A DNA stretch of 45,856 nt from Candidatus Deferrimicrobium sp. (lineage in GTDB: Bacteria; Caldisericota; Caldisericia; Cryosericales; Cryosericaceae): contig DASRKF010000142.1 in assembly GCA_035649095.1 (NCBI GenBank), forward strand, positions 1 through 45,856, given 5' to 3'. Of the stretch, positions 27,367 to 37,686 are shown one piece after another. The stretch's first letter is position 1; each line of letters starts with the position of its first letter. The notes below the pieces were generated by a model. The model did not search any database. It was not told where the DNA came from and saw nothing but the letters and a program-made list of their open reading frames with translations. The translations under genes were made by a program, and so were the position numbers.

Positions 27367-28557
27367 ATGCCAAACGGCAATTTGTCTCACGCAAAGAACG
27401 CCAAGAATGACGAGTTTTACACACAATGGGGCGACATTGAGCGGGAAGTACAGACATATTTAGAATATGACCCCGATGTTTTTCGTGGAAAGACCATTCT
27501 ATGTCCCTGTGATGACCCCGAATGGAGCAATTTTACAAAGTTTTTTGCCTTGCATTTTCATGAGTACGGGTTGAAGAAGCTTATCTCGACAAGTTATGCT
27601 GTTGAGAGTAAGACCTATAAAGCTGGTTACCAGCCCTCGCTGTTTGAGAAAAACGATCCGAAATTCAACAAGGACAAAACCCTGACGCACGGCAAACTTT
27701 TCGTGCTGGACAGACAGGACGTGAACTGTGACGGCAAAATCAACATCGAAGACCTGAAGTGGGATTACCTATCGGGTGACGGTGACTTTAGAAGCAAAGA
27801 GGTACGAAAGCTGCGGGACGAGGCGGATGTGATTATTACCAACCCGCCGTTTTCTCTTTTCCGTGAGTTTGTGGCGTGGATTATGGAGGCGCAAAAGCAG
27901 TTTCTCATTATCGGGAGCCTGAACGCCATTACCTACAAGGAAGTGTTTCCACTGATCAAGGAGAACAAGAGTTGGTTAGGTAATAATTGTAAAGTTAATG
28001 GCGGCGCAATGTTTTATGAAATACCAGAAGGCATTGCTAACTTGGATCAAGTTCGTGAAATAAGGACAAACGAAGTCGGCAAGAAAGTTTATATTACCAG
28101 AGTACAAGGTGTTCGTTGGTTCACCAATCTTGACCACGGGCGTCGCCACCAACCCTTGTTGTCTATGAACACAGCAGACAACTTGAAGTTCAGCAAGCAC
28201 AAGGAAATCAAGGGCAAGAAGGCATATGATCACTATGACAACTATAATGCGATCGAAGTACCATTTGTCGATGCGATCCCTTCCGATTATGATGGCGTCA
28301 TGGGTGTGCCGATCAGTTTTCTTGACAAATATTGTCCGGAGCAGTTTGAGATTTTAGGAGTTGAATTTGGGTTCATTTTTATGAGCTTAGAAGGTGCCAA
28401 AGGTCTTTCTGAGCAATTTGTAAAGGATTATTATGCGCAAGGTGGAACAGGTAGCTATTCAGTAAATCATCCAATTTTAGGATATTACCAAGAAGGCAAA
28501 GCGAAAATTCCGTTTAAACGTATACTTATTCGAAAAAGAAAGGCGGTGGCTAAATGA
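27367..28557 (+). CDS. Adenine-specific DNA methyltransferase, EcoRI-methylase family
   Basis: [62 protein letters not shown]. Confidence 0.92.
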   Translation: MPNGNLSHAKNAKNDEFYTQWGDIEREVQTYLEYDPDVFRGKTILCPCDDPEWSNFTKFFALHFHEYGLKKLISTSYAVESKTYKAGYQPSLFEKNDPKFNKDKTLTHGKLFVLDRQDVNCDGKINIEDLKWDYLSGDGDFRSKEVRKLRDEADVIITNPPFSLFREFVAWIMEAQKQFLIIGSLNAITYKEVFPLIKENKSWLGNNCKVNGGAMFYEIPEGIANLDQVREIRTNEVGKKVYITRVQGVRWFTNLDHGRRHQPLLSMNTADNLKFSKHKEIKGKKAYDHYDNYNAIEVPFVDAIPSDYDGVMGVPISFLDKYCPEQFEILGVEFGFIFMSLEGAKGLSEQFVKDYYAQGGTGSYSVNHPILGYYQEGKAKIPFKRILIRKRKAVAK

Positions 28558-29732
28558 ACACCATACTTAAAAAATATACTGTTCGTGAGTTAGTGGAGGG
28601 TTTCATCTACAACGAGCTGGAAGGCAAAGGGCTGTTCGGGTTGTCCGGCAAGCTGACGATCCAGCCGGAATATCAGCGGAATTACATCTATTGCGAAGAG
28701 AAGAAAGAGGGCGCTGTCATTGAATCACTGCTCAAGGGTTATCCTTTGGGACTGATCTATTTCAACGATGTGGATGACGAGCATTTTGAGGTACTGGACG
28801 GGCAGCAACGGATCACTTCGATCGGGCGTTTTGTCACAGGCAAGTTTGCCATCAATGACGAAAATGGAAATCGACAGATCATGGGTCCGGAACCTTCTCT
28901 TTCTCCTGAAAAACAGACAAAGATCTTGGACAGCGAGCTTCTGGTTTATCACTGCAAGGGCGAGGAAAGCGAGATCAAGAACTGGTTCAGAACGATCAAC
29001 ATAGTAGGGATCCCCCTTAATGACCAGGAGTTGTTAAACGCGATCTACTCCGGACCATTTGTGACGCTGGCAAAAGCTGAGTTCAGCAATTCTCAAAACG
29101 CAAACGTAGAAAAATGGAACGCTTATATCAAAGGCTCAGCACGAAGACAAGACTTCCTGGCAACTGCTTTATCCTGGGTTGCCGCTTCTAAGGGACAAAC
29201 CGCAGAAGAGTATATGGCAACGCACCGGAAGGGAAAAAACGTTGACGAGCTGAAAACCTATTTTACCACTGTGATCGACTGGATTTCAGGAATATTCCGC
29301 GCTACCGAAAACGAGATGCGTGGGTTGGAGTGGGGACGGTTGTATAAGATCTATCATGGGCTGTCGTTTGATCCGGCAAACATATCCGAGAGAGTTCAAA
29401 AGCTGTACGCCGATCCCTATGTAAAAAATCGTCGAGGGATCTTCGAGTATATCATGGGTGGTGAAACGGAGACTAAACTGCTCGAGATCCGTGTTTTTGA
29501 CGAAGCGACAAAGAGAGCTGTTTATGAGCAACAGACCACTGATGCAAAAAGCAGGGGCATTTCAAACTGCCCTCTGTGCGCTCTTGGTCCTGATGCAAAC
29601 AAAAACAAGATATGGGAACTGGAAGAAATGGACGCTGATCATGTGACAGCCTGGAGCAAGGACGGTGCTTCCGATATTCATAATTGCCAGTTGCTCTGCA
29701 GAACGCATAATCGAGCAAAGGGGAATAAGTAG
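28554..29732 (+). CDS. DUF262 (GmrS/ParB-like) + HNH endonuclease
   Basis: [24 protein letters not shown]...PL; C-terminal CPLC...DADH...[13 protein letters not shown]; follows directly on the methylase stop. Confidence 0.92.
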   Translation: MNTILKKYTVRELVEGFIYNELEGKGLFGLSGKLTIQPEYQRNYIYCEEKKEGAVIESLLKGYPLGLIYFNDVDDEHFEVLDGQQRITSIGRFVTGKFAINDENGNRQIMGPEPSLSPEKQTKILDSELLVYHCKGEESEIKNWFRTINIVGIPLNDQELLNAIYSGPFVTLAKAEFSNSQNANVEKWNAYIKGSARRQDFLATALSWVAASKGQTAEEYMATHRKGKNVDELKTYFTTVIDWISGIFRATENEMRGLEWGRLYKIYHGLSFDPANISERVQKLYADPYVKNRRGIFEYIMGGETETKLLEIRVFDEATKRAVYEQQTTDAKSRGISNCPLCALGPDANKNKIWELEEMDADHVTAWSKDGASDIHNCQLLCRTHNRAKGNK

Positions 29733-30352
29733 CGAATGAAGAAATGAAATACGGTATTGTGTCAGAACGGCGAGTACGAAGATTACCAAGGAACCGTAGC
29801 ACTGTTTTGGCACGAACTGTCATCTAAATAGCGTTTCGGCAGAGCCAGTGCGGCTCCTGCGTCGTGTTGCCTGTTGCCGACAAGCGAGGTGCGGGGCAAT
29901 GTCCAAGACTGCGCCGGATTTCTCGCGTTACTCCCGTCCTTGTCGAAGAGCTTTCGTCAACTCTCCTTTCCACCGATCGCCGCCCAGCCTCCGCACGACA
30001 TCCTCCGCCGGCTCATGGCGTTACAATGCGTCGACGGCTCCTGCCGTTCCACCGCACTACACAGAACTGCACCTGTGGTTCTGGGCGGCGTGCGGGATAG
30101 ATCCGAGGATACTACCATGCTCTTGTATTGCCCGTTCAAGCGACTAGTGTTAAGATTGAATTTGCTTTCTGACCAAGAGATGCTGCGACTTTGACGGGCG
30201 ATGGAGGGCAGGGTGCATGGACATGGTTACAAACACATTCATTGATCGACCACTCAAACCGAGACACTCCGTTACGACCCTGTATCCTATGGATTTCAGC
30301 ACAACCGTCTGCACTCGGCGTGTCGTTGTCCCGTTAGTAATGGAGAGTCATC

Positions 30353-33300
30353 TTGGTTACTGAAGATCCAACAACCTTTGAGCTGCTCGTTCCGTCATCG
30401 GCCGATGAGTTCGAGGAACTCTGTCTCGATCTCTGGGAAAGGATCTGGACAGATCCGAATATCCAGCGTCTGGGCGTTTCCGGGCAGGGGCAACATGGAA
30501 TTGACATCTACTCTCGTGTTCCAGGAAATACGGGCAAACACAGAGTCATCCAATGTAAGAAATACTGGCGCACCAGGCTGACACCGAAAAGGATAGACGT
30601 CATTGTATCGGACGTGCTGGAGTCGCCGCTAATGCCGATTTCGGAGCTGATCATCGCTACAACCCAACCGGGCAATGCACGCATCCAGGAGTACGTAGCG
30701 GCGATAGCACGGACGAATGTCGCTGCAGGGCTGTTCGACGTCCACATCTTCTCATGGAACAACATCTGCTCGCTGCTTCGGAATTATCCGGAAGTGCTTC
30801 GGTTGCACTACAAGGACATGTTTGGTCTCTCAGCTGCTAACGCGTCTCTCGCCATCGGCGACATACTTCTCGATGAAGTCAAACAAAGACTCGCAGATCG
30901 CAAGTTCAGCGAAGCGCTGCACATTCTTGATGCATTTGTCCAGAAACAGCAAGTGATGGACAACAATACGCGATTCCGCGTCCTTACAAACAAGGGTGTC
31001 ATCCTCTCGATGATCGGGAGGAATGCGGAAGCAGCAGAGAACTTACTGCAAGCCTACACATTTAACAAGACAAGCGAGATTGCCGGCACCAATGCAGCGC
31101 AAGCGTCTCTGATGACAGGTGACCGCAGAACAGCGACCAGGATCGCCAAAAGCGTCATCAAGATGGCCCCCGGCAATACTCTCGCGTACAGAGTGCTCGT
31201 TCTGGCGACAGCAACCTTCTCCAAGGCGAAATCTCTGGTAAGCAGGCTCTCCAATCCCATTCATCAGTCTGGTGATGTCCTTTTCGCACTTGGCCTAGTC
31301 GCGCAAAGGGAATCGGACTGGGACAACGCTGCAGACTGTTTTCAGAAAAGCCTTGACGCTTATGGTCACGTAGATGCCATGACGTGCGCATTTCTGGCCG
31401 TGGCGATCATGCAGAAGATACGACACGAATCGGAGCGCGATCCGGAGCTCACTGATAGTCCGACGATGCGAGCTGCAACCGAGCGAGCACAGCAATTGCT
31501 TTCGACCGCTATCGAGAACCCCAGCCAGGTGCCAGAGGAACTACTGTCTTCCTGCTACAGCAATCGCTGCCATGCCCACATATGGCTTGGCGACATCGAG
31601 GGCGCTGCACGAGATGCTGATACCTTCACGAAAATGTCTCCAGACCTCCCGGCCAACAAGAAGCTGATGGCGACTATTCTGTATATGAGACACGACATTA
31701 ACGGCGCTATTCAGGCTCTGCGTTCCATCGCAGACTACCGTGACACCCCTGACGCTCTGGACATGTTGGCTCGTCTGCTGGACTCGCAACAACGATACCA
31801 GGAGGCACTGGATGCGATGGATCAGGTCTTAGATCTGCCGGAGAAACCGTCCCTAATGGCTACCTCGGCCAAGCACTTCCGAATACACCTTCTTCTGAAA
31901 CTCAACAGAACCGGCGATGCGCGCGGCTATGCGGACGAACTCCTCTCCAATGATCCTAACAATCCCCTCTGGATGATCGACGTCTGCTTATGTCTTCGCG
32001 CCGCTGGAGCAGACAGCCATGAATCGTCTCTTCAGACAACACTTGAGAAGGTGGTGACGCTCACAACATCTGAGGCACCTCCCATTGTCCGCGATGAGAT
32101 TTCGGAAACGATGGGAACCATTTCAAGGCTCGACCTGAGTATTGAGATTGACAAGATTGGATTCGCTGGAGATGTGTATAACACGCGCTCGAGAAGGTTG
32201 CTCCATGGCTACCTGACGCTCGGCCGCTTCGCTGACGCCAAGAGCCTGTGCGATACCCTGGTGCGGGCTGGCGTTCAGAGAAGTGAAGTGTACTGGTACC
32301 GAGCCCAGTTGAACACTCGTTCTGGTAATCTGGACGCAGCAGAAGCTGATCTCCAGGCATGCCTCATCCAGACAAGCCATGACGGAGCATCAAGCGAGCA
32401 CACTGAAATTGTCTTGCTCCTAGCAGAAGTGCAGCTGGAAAACCAGCATTCCGCTGACGCTCTCGGGTCGATGGCAACCATCAAGGACCTGCCTAGTCTG
32501 ACGTCGCCCCAGTTCGATCGACTCGTCGGCCTCTGGATCAGGCTGAAGGAGTACACGCGTGCTCTCGACGCGGCATACGCAAGACTTCTTGATCCGACGC
32601 ACGGAACAGAGCCTGAGACGTTTCAGACCTATATACGATGCTTTCTGACCATCGACCGTGTCGCTCCAGAAGTCCTTGAACCAGAAGACGTGGTTGGCCA
32701 GAACAGTGCAGTACTTCTGGAACTCTCTCCCGGTGAGCAGGTCTGGTACTTGCCGGACCCAGTGAGGAGAACTCGGATGGGTAACGCCGTCTTCCTGCTT
32801 CCCGGCGACCGACTCTGGCAGAGTCTGTTGGGCAAAAAAGCTGGCGACACGGGCAAGATGGGATCCATTCTCCAAATCGCAGGCCGACACGCTGCCATAA
32901 TTAACGAAGCCTTCACGTCCTATGTGCGACAGTTCCCAGACAGGAACGATCTGGAGCGGGTGCCTCTTACCGCTCCAAACGACTCGACCAGCATTTCCGA
33001 GCAATTCAAGGCGCATATTGCAGACGCGGCGTCATTCGGAGCACACGTCAGAAGAATCTTGACTGCCCAGAGAGAAGGCCAGATACCGTTCTCGCAGGTT
33101 TCGCATGTACTCAGTCATAACCCCGTTGAGTTGTTCCAGGAGATCGCCGCCACTCCCGGGGAGTATGTTCTGGCCGTGCTCCCGGGGACTCCGCCACAGC
33201 CATGTAACGATTCCGTTGCAGCACTTGTTGTTGACCCGCTCACTTCCCTCACGCTGGCTGGCATTCCTGCATTCAGCAACGGTGTCGCTGGGCAATGGTC

Positions 33301-34135
33301 CATCGTCTATACACGGGCAACTCTGGATGTGCTTATGGAAGCCTCCGCAGAGCTCAAGGCATACATCAAACACGGAATGAAATCACTCGTATCTCTTGAC
33401 GGGAAACACTTTACCATTACGACGGTAAGTCCGGAAATCGTCCAGCAAAGGCAGCTGCAGGTTGAGCGCACCATCGCATGGCTCCAAGGATATGCATCGC
33501 TCACACCGTGCAGCCTCATACTCCAATACGGTGAAGATAAATATCAGCAAGCGATTTCGGTTCTTGGCAGGGCGGAGGTGGAGGCAATTGCCCTGGCACA
33601 GGAACCACGTCACGCGCTGCTTTCGGACGAACTCGTGCTGCGAACTGTAGCAAGGTCAGAAGGGGCGATGTCATTCTCTACTCAAGATATCCTGCTGTGG
33701 GCTCGCGAAGAGAACTTGTTGTCTCAGCCGGATTACGCAGCAGGACTCTTTGAGCTCTATCAGAATCACATGCGCGGCGTTTACTGTGATGTTCAGACTG
33801 TCGCCACGCTCTGCGACTCGGTGGAGTGGAATGCAAAGCTTCTGCCCAACAACCTCCTTGGGGTTCTGTCTACTGACAACGCCGGCAGTGCCGGTCCAAG
33901 CATCGCTGGCAAACTAGCGCACCAGATATTCATGAACGTCCAGGATGGTCCCGTGCGCTGCAGCGAGTGGTGGCCGGTGCTGCTCGGTGCGGTAGCAAGC
34001 GGCCGCAAGGCAGCCCAAGCCTTCCAAGCCATGATGAAATCAATGGATACAGAGTTCCATCATGTGGTGACTCTGGCGACAAGCGAGTTGGGAGGAATGG
34101 CAGCAATTTGGCTTAAGACCCACATAGCGAGCTAG
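30353..34135 (+). CDS. Mrr-like PD-(D/E)xK nuclease - TPR - GreA/B-C-like - PIN multidomain protein (candidate defence protein)
   Basis: N-terminal FEELCLDLW...GQGQHGIDI...IQCKKY; many TPR-like helices; LWQSLLGKKAGD; C-terminal LVVDPLT...AEVEAIALA...LLSDELVLR; TTG start after GGAGAG. Confidence 0.8.
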   Translation: MVTEDPTTFELLVPSSADEFEELCLDLWERIWTDPNIQRLGVSGQGQHGIDIYSRVPGNTGKHRVIQCKKYWRTRLTPKRIDVIVSDVLESPLMPISELIIATTQPGNARIQEYVAAIARTNVAAGLFDVHIFSWNNICSLLRNYPEVLRLHYKDMFGLSAANASLAIGDILLDEVKQRLADRKFSEALHILDAFVQKQQVMDNNTRFRVLTNKGVILSMIGRNAEAAENLLQAYTFNKTSEIAGTNAAQASLMTGDRRTATRIAKSVIKMAPGNTLAYRVLVLATATFSKAKSLVSRLSNPIHQSGDVLFALGLVAQRESDWDNAADCFQKSLDAYGHVDAMTCAFLAVAIMQKIRHESERDPELTDSPTMRAATERAQQLLSTAIENPSQVPEELLSSCYSNRCHAHIWLGDIEGAARDADTFTKMSPDLPANKKLMATILYMRHDINGAIQALRSIADYRDTPDALDMLARLLDSQQRYQEALDAMDQVLDLPEKPSLMATSAKHFRIHLLLKLNRTGDARGYADELLSNDPNNPLWMIDVCLCLRAAGADSHESSLQTTLEKVVTLTTSEAPPIVRDEISETMGTISRLDLSIEIDKIGFAGDVYNTRSRRLLHGYLTLGRFADAKSLCDTLVRAGVQRSEVYWYRAQLNTRSGNLDAAEADLQACLIQTSHDGASSEHTEIVLLLAEVQLENQHSADALGSMATIKDLPSLTSPQFDRLVGLWIRLKEYTRALDAAYARLLDPTHGTEPETFQTYIRCFLTIDRVAPEVLEPEDVVGQNSAVLLELSPGEQVWYLPDPVRRTRMGNAVFLLPGDRLWQSLLGKKAGDTGKMGSILQIAGRHAAIINEAFTSYVRQFPDRNDLERVPLTAPNDSTSISEQFKAHIADAASFGAHVRRILTAQREGQIPFSQVSHVLSHNPVELFQEIAATPGEYVLAVLPGTPPQPCNDSVAALVVDPLTSLTLAGIPAFSNGVAGQWSIVYTRATLDVLMEASAELKAYIKHGMKSLVSLDGKHFTITTVSPEIVQQRQLQVERTIAWLQGYASLTPCSLILQYGEDKYQQAISVLGRAEVEAIALAQEPRHALLSDELVLRTVARSEGAMSFSTQDILLWAREENLLSQPDYAAGLFELYQNHMRGVYCDVQTVATLCDSVEWNAKLLPNNLLGVLSTDNAGSAGPSIAGKLAHQIFMNVQDGPVRCSEWWPVLLGAVASGRKAAQAFQAMMKSMDTEFHHVVTLATSELGGMAAIWLKTHIAS

Positions 34136-34297
34136 CCACAGATGTGTCGAATTATGGAACTGCCAGACACCAGAGGCATGCGGGGGCAAAGAAACACCGA
34201 GAATCCCCATTGAGCGCTGCCAATAGTCCCAGTGAAGGCGATTCAGAGTGCAATGAAGATCACCACCAAGCTGGGATTGGCTTACAGAGGAGGACAG

Positions 34298-34720
34298 ATG
34301 TCCGAAACAGTATCAAACGACCAATATGCAGACAGGATACTGAAGGCTCTTTCTACCTTGCAAGCTGGACAATGTGCAGAAGGAATCGGCGAGATCGTTC
34401 AGCTTGGAGGAAAATCCCTAGATAATGCTGATGCTGATTGGCAGGTTCTGCTCAATATTGTGGCAGGACCAGGCGGATTGCTTGATCAAGGGTTTGTCCA
34501 GTGTCAGAAGCTTTCTGGGTATGGCGGCAATGTCGCCGACATTGCCAAAGTCACGATTACATCTGCCGGTCGCGCCCATCTGAAGGAGCAAGAAGCCAAG
34601 TCTCCTGCCAAAGTTGTGACCAGGTCAACTTGGATTGCTCTCAGCTATGTACTAACTGCGATCGGTGGTGGATTTCTGGTGAAACTGGGCGAATGGATTT
34701 TCAACAGACTCTTTCACTAG
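34298..34720 (+). CDS. Hypothetical protein with wHTH-like N-terminus and C-terminal TM helix
   Basis: GGAGG RBS; LLDQGFV...VTITSAGRAHL wing-like motif; hydrophobic C-terminus. Confidence 0.7.
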   Translation: MSETVSNDQYADRILKALSTLQAGQCAEGIGEIVQLGGKSLDNADADWQVLLNIVAGPGGLLDQGFVQCQKLSGYGGNVADIAKVTITSAGRAHLKEQEAKSPAKVVTRSTWIALSYVLTAIGGGFLVKLGEWIFNRLFH

Positions 34721-34754
34721 TCGAGATGAGCAGTCTCAAATGGAGGAATAGGCC

Positions 34755-36044
34755 ATGAAAAGGACTCTGTCAGTCTTCGTTCCAGTATGCCTCGTCTTGT
34801 CACTGTTTGCGGGGACCTTCGTATGTGTACCTTCCGCAAGGGCCGCAGACACTTACAAGTGGACCCTTGTAAGCGACATCTTCACGAACATGGACGTATG
34901 TTCTATCGCCGTCAATCCAAAGAGCCCGAGCATTATCTATTCTGGGAGGTTTGGAGTATCCAAATCAACGAATGGAGGAAGATCCTGGAACACAATTGGG
35001 CTTGCGAACTTCTCCATGGTAGATGGTCTTGCTGTCGACCCGAAAAACCCCAATGTCATCTACGCAGGAACGGAAGCCGGAGTGTGGAAGACTACGAATG
35101 GTGGATCAGGATGGGAGCAGGCTGGCCTCGCCGATTCCTACGTGAGTGCTCTTGCAATTGATCCAGCAGACACCAACACAGTCTACGCAGGCGCAATAGA
35201 GCATCTCTACAAGTCAACCAATGGCGGTTCAAGTTGGACGGCCATCGAGGGACCGTCCCTCATCAACGCTATTGCTGTTGACCCCAAGAACTCGAAGAAT
35301 ATCTACATAGGGAGCCAGCTCTGGTCCGGTGGTGGTTTGTTCAGATCAGCGGATGGCGGAAACAAGTGGGTTACAATCGGCTTTGCCAAACGCTCTGTAA
35401 CTTGTGTTGTGATCAACCCCACAAGTTCGAGCTCTATCTACGTTGGGATATTCGATGGCGGGGTATACAAGTCGACGAATAGCGGCTCTTCCTGGAGCGC
35501 CATCAACAATGGACTCACGAGTCTGGATGTCATATCTCTCGCCATTGCTCCCGGAACGCCTCAGACAATCTATGCGGGGACGTCCAGCGGCGGAATATTC
35601 AAACTTCAGATAGACAGCAGCGAGACGACTCCTCCGCCTTCAACTCCTGTGGTCAGGAAAGTAATCCAATTGACGATTGGAAATCGCACTATGCGCACAA
35701 ACGGAAAATCTACCATTCTTGAAGCAGCTCCCGTCATCTTGAATTCGCGCACATTTCTTCCCATAAGAGCAGTTGTCGAGGCCGCCGGAGGAACCATCGC
35801 CTGGGAAGCGGCTGCGCAGAAGGTCACGATTGTCCGGAAACGTACGACACTGAGCCTGTGGATCGGCAAGAACACCGCAAACCTCAACGGCAAATCGGTC
35901 AAGATTGACACAAATGCCAAGGTCGTACCTATCATTGTGAGCGGCAGGACGCTTCTTCCACTTCGTTTTGTCGCGGAAGCACTTGCGCTGGATGTCGGAT
36001 GGGACTCGAAGACTCAGGTGATAACGATAACGTATACATCATAG
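34755..36044 (+). CDS. Secreted BNR-repeat beta-propeller protein with copper amine oxidase N-terminal (stalk) domain
   Basis: Signal peptide ending ARA; repeats AVDPKNP..IYAG..KSTNGG.SW; C-terminal RTFLPIRAV / RTLLPLRFVAE. Confidence 0.9.
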   Translation: MKRTLSVFVPVCLVLSLFAGTFVCVPSARAADTYKWTLVSDIFTNMDVCSIAVNPKSPSIIYSGRFGVSKSTNGGRSWNTIGLANFSMVDGLAVDPKNPNVIYAGTEAGVWKTTNGGSGWEQAGLADSYVSALAIDPADTNTVYAGAIEHLYKSTNGGSSWTAIEGPSLINAIAVDPKNSKNIYIGSQLWSGGGLFRSADGGNKWVTIGFAKRSVTCVVINPTSSSSIYVGIFDGGVYKSTNSGSSWSAINNGLTSLDVISLAIAPGTPQTIYAGTSSGGIFKLQIDSSETTPPPSTPVVRKVIQLTIGNRTMRTNGKSTILEAAPVILNSRTFLPIRAVVEAAGGTIAWEAAAQKVTIVRKRTTLSLWIGKNTANLNGKSVKIDTNAKVVPIIVSGRTLLPLRFVAEALALDVGWDSKTQVITITYTS

Positions 36045-36060
36045 CATAGAGCGTCAGTCG

Positions 36061-36090
36061 CCCCGGTCAGTGATCCTGACCGGGGTTGTT
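36061..36090 (+). terminator. Intrinsic terminator
   Basis: CCCCGGTCAG-tgatc-CTGACCGGGG-ttgtt. Confidence 0.7.
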
Positions 36091-36116
36091 CCATACCCCT
36101 TCCGTTACATGTTTGC

Positions 36117-36326
36117 TTTCCCTGATTCATTCCCCAAAACCCGGGCTCATTTCCAAATTCCCCGATTCGCGGCCAATCTTGCGGATTCGCGATGACACCG
36201 CTGTCTGACTCGCTCTTCTGCTATTTCGGTTCTGAGACGCCCCGTTCCTCCGTCATCAAGGGGACCAAATCATCAGCAACGTGGCGATATGGAGATGTTG
36301 TGTAGTTCTGGGGACCCTGGCCAACC
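36117..36326 (+). repeat. ~200-bp intergenic repeat (subterminal region of type R end), truncated copy
   Basis: Colinear with 38438-38646 and 45011-45170, e.g. CCGATTCGyGGCCAA..TGyCGGATTyGyGrTGACrC. Confidence 0.85.
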
Positions 36327-36496
36327 TTTCTCAGTATTCTTGCCGTTCGGACTTATGGATTGTGAAGTACAGGGCTTTCTGATGCCCGATGAGCAAGCAA
36401 CTGTTCGGCATAGTATCTGCCGCGACGGAGATTCTTCTCGAATTGTCAATAAAGAAGCATCGTTTCCGTTGAGGAATCGGACTTCCGAATTCTGAC

Positions 36497-36551
36497 TGTC
36501 ATAATGACCAATGATTTGGCTCTTGCTTTTATGACAACGACAGCATATACT
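36497..36551 (+). promoter_or_regulatory. Promoter and probable XRE operator
   Basis: TTGCTT-N17-TATACT; inverted pair TGTCATAA (36497) and TTATGACA (36529). Confidence 0.6.
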
Positions 36552-36575
36552 GCTTTCGCAAGGGGAGGTGTGGCC

Positions 36576-36929
36576 ATGAACAAAACGCAAGCTGATGTTG
36601 GCGCAACAATAAAGTCACTCCGCGAAAGAAGCGGATTTACGCAAGACAACATTGCCCGCTATTTGCAGGTGGATCAGAGTTTCATTTCGAAGTTTGAGTC
36701 ACGTGAAAGGGCTCTGAGTGCCGGGTTGCTCGAAAAACTGGCTACTTTGTTTGGTGTTGATTTGTCAGTGTTCAGTGAAGGTGCCTGTAACATGAAACCG
36801 CTGTCGCTTGCACTTAGAGCAAGTGAAATCAATGAAGAGGATCTGGAAACCATTAGTGCCATCAACAGGATTGCATTGAACGGAGACTTTATGACAAGGC
36901 TGCTCAAGGGCGGTTGTGGTAATGAATGA
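36576..36929 (+). CDS. XRE-family HTH transcriptional regulator
   Basis: IKSLRERSGFTQDNIARYLQVDQSFISKFES; GGAGGTG RBS. Confidence 0.9.
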   Translation: MNKTQADVGATIKSLRERSGFTQDNIARYLQVDQSFISKFESRERALSAGLLEKLATLFGVDLSVFSEGACNMKPLSLALRASEINEEDLETISAINRIALNGDFMTRLLKGGCGNE

Positions 36930-37686
36930 AGTGGATTCATGGAAGAGAGCTGTCTGGTTACGCAAGCTGCTTGGCGAAGATACATCATCTCGTATCGATA
37001 TATTCCCATTGATAGTCGCGAACATTGAGCGCTCAAAGCACTTTACGATGGTGTTTTATCCAATGGGCGATAGATTGAGCGGGATGTGCGTCAAAGGAAC
37101 TGGCAGTACAGTCATCGCGATCAACTCTGCCATGTCTGTTGGCAGGCAGCATTTTTCCATGGCGCATGAATTGTTTCATGTGTATTTCGATGATAACTTG
37201 TCAACGGCAATTTGTTCCCAGAAGATCGGCGGCGGCAACGAAGTCGAAAGAGAAGCCGACCAGTTTGCTTCGTATTTCTTGGTGCCGCCTGATGCGTTGA
37301 CAGCAGCAATTGCACGGGTCAAGCAAAAAGTCGATGACAAACTGACTGTTGGCAATGTTGTGGAGCTCGAACAGTACTTTTGGGTCAGCAGGCAAGCTAT
37401 GCTGTTCCGATTACTTGAAGAGAACGAACTCACCAGCCAAGAAGCAGAACCCATGAGGCGTGGCGTCATCAACTCTGCCCGCAATCTGGGGTATGACGAT
37501 TCTCTGTACAAGCCGCTACCACTGGAAAAACAGCACGCGACCTACGGTTATTACATCCAGCAAGCAGAAGAAAGCTTGAAAGAGGGGTTGATTTCGAACG
37601 GCAAGTACGAAGAGCTATTGCTAGAGGCTTTCAGATCTGACCTTGTCTATGGTGAAGCGTCAGAGGGGAGCGAATCAGTTGACTGA
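36922..37686 (+). CDS. ImmA/IrrE (COG2856) zinc metallopeptidase
   Basis: LSGMC, INS...GRQHFSMAHELFH, EREADQFASYFLVP, FWVSRQAM. Confidence 0.92.
   Translation: MNEVDSWKRAVWLRKLLGEDTSSRIDIFPLIVANIERSKHFTMVFYPMGDRLSGMCVKGTGSTVIAINSAMSVGRQHFSMAHELFHVYFDDNLSTAICSQKIGGGNEVEREADQFASYFLVPPDALTAAIARVKQKVDDKLTVGNVVELEQYFWVSRQAMLFRLLEENELTSQEAEPMRRGVINSARNLGYDDSLYKPLPLEKQHATYGYYIQQAEESLKEGLISNGKYEELLLEAFRSDLVYGEASEGSESVD

Noticed and set aside
29740-30340. Short ORFs between the HNH and TPR genes
   Set aside because: Several overlapping short frames with no motif; probably decayed sequence and cannot be assigned.
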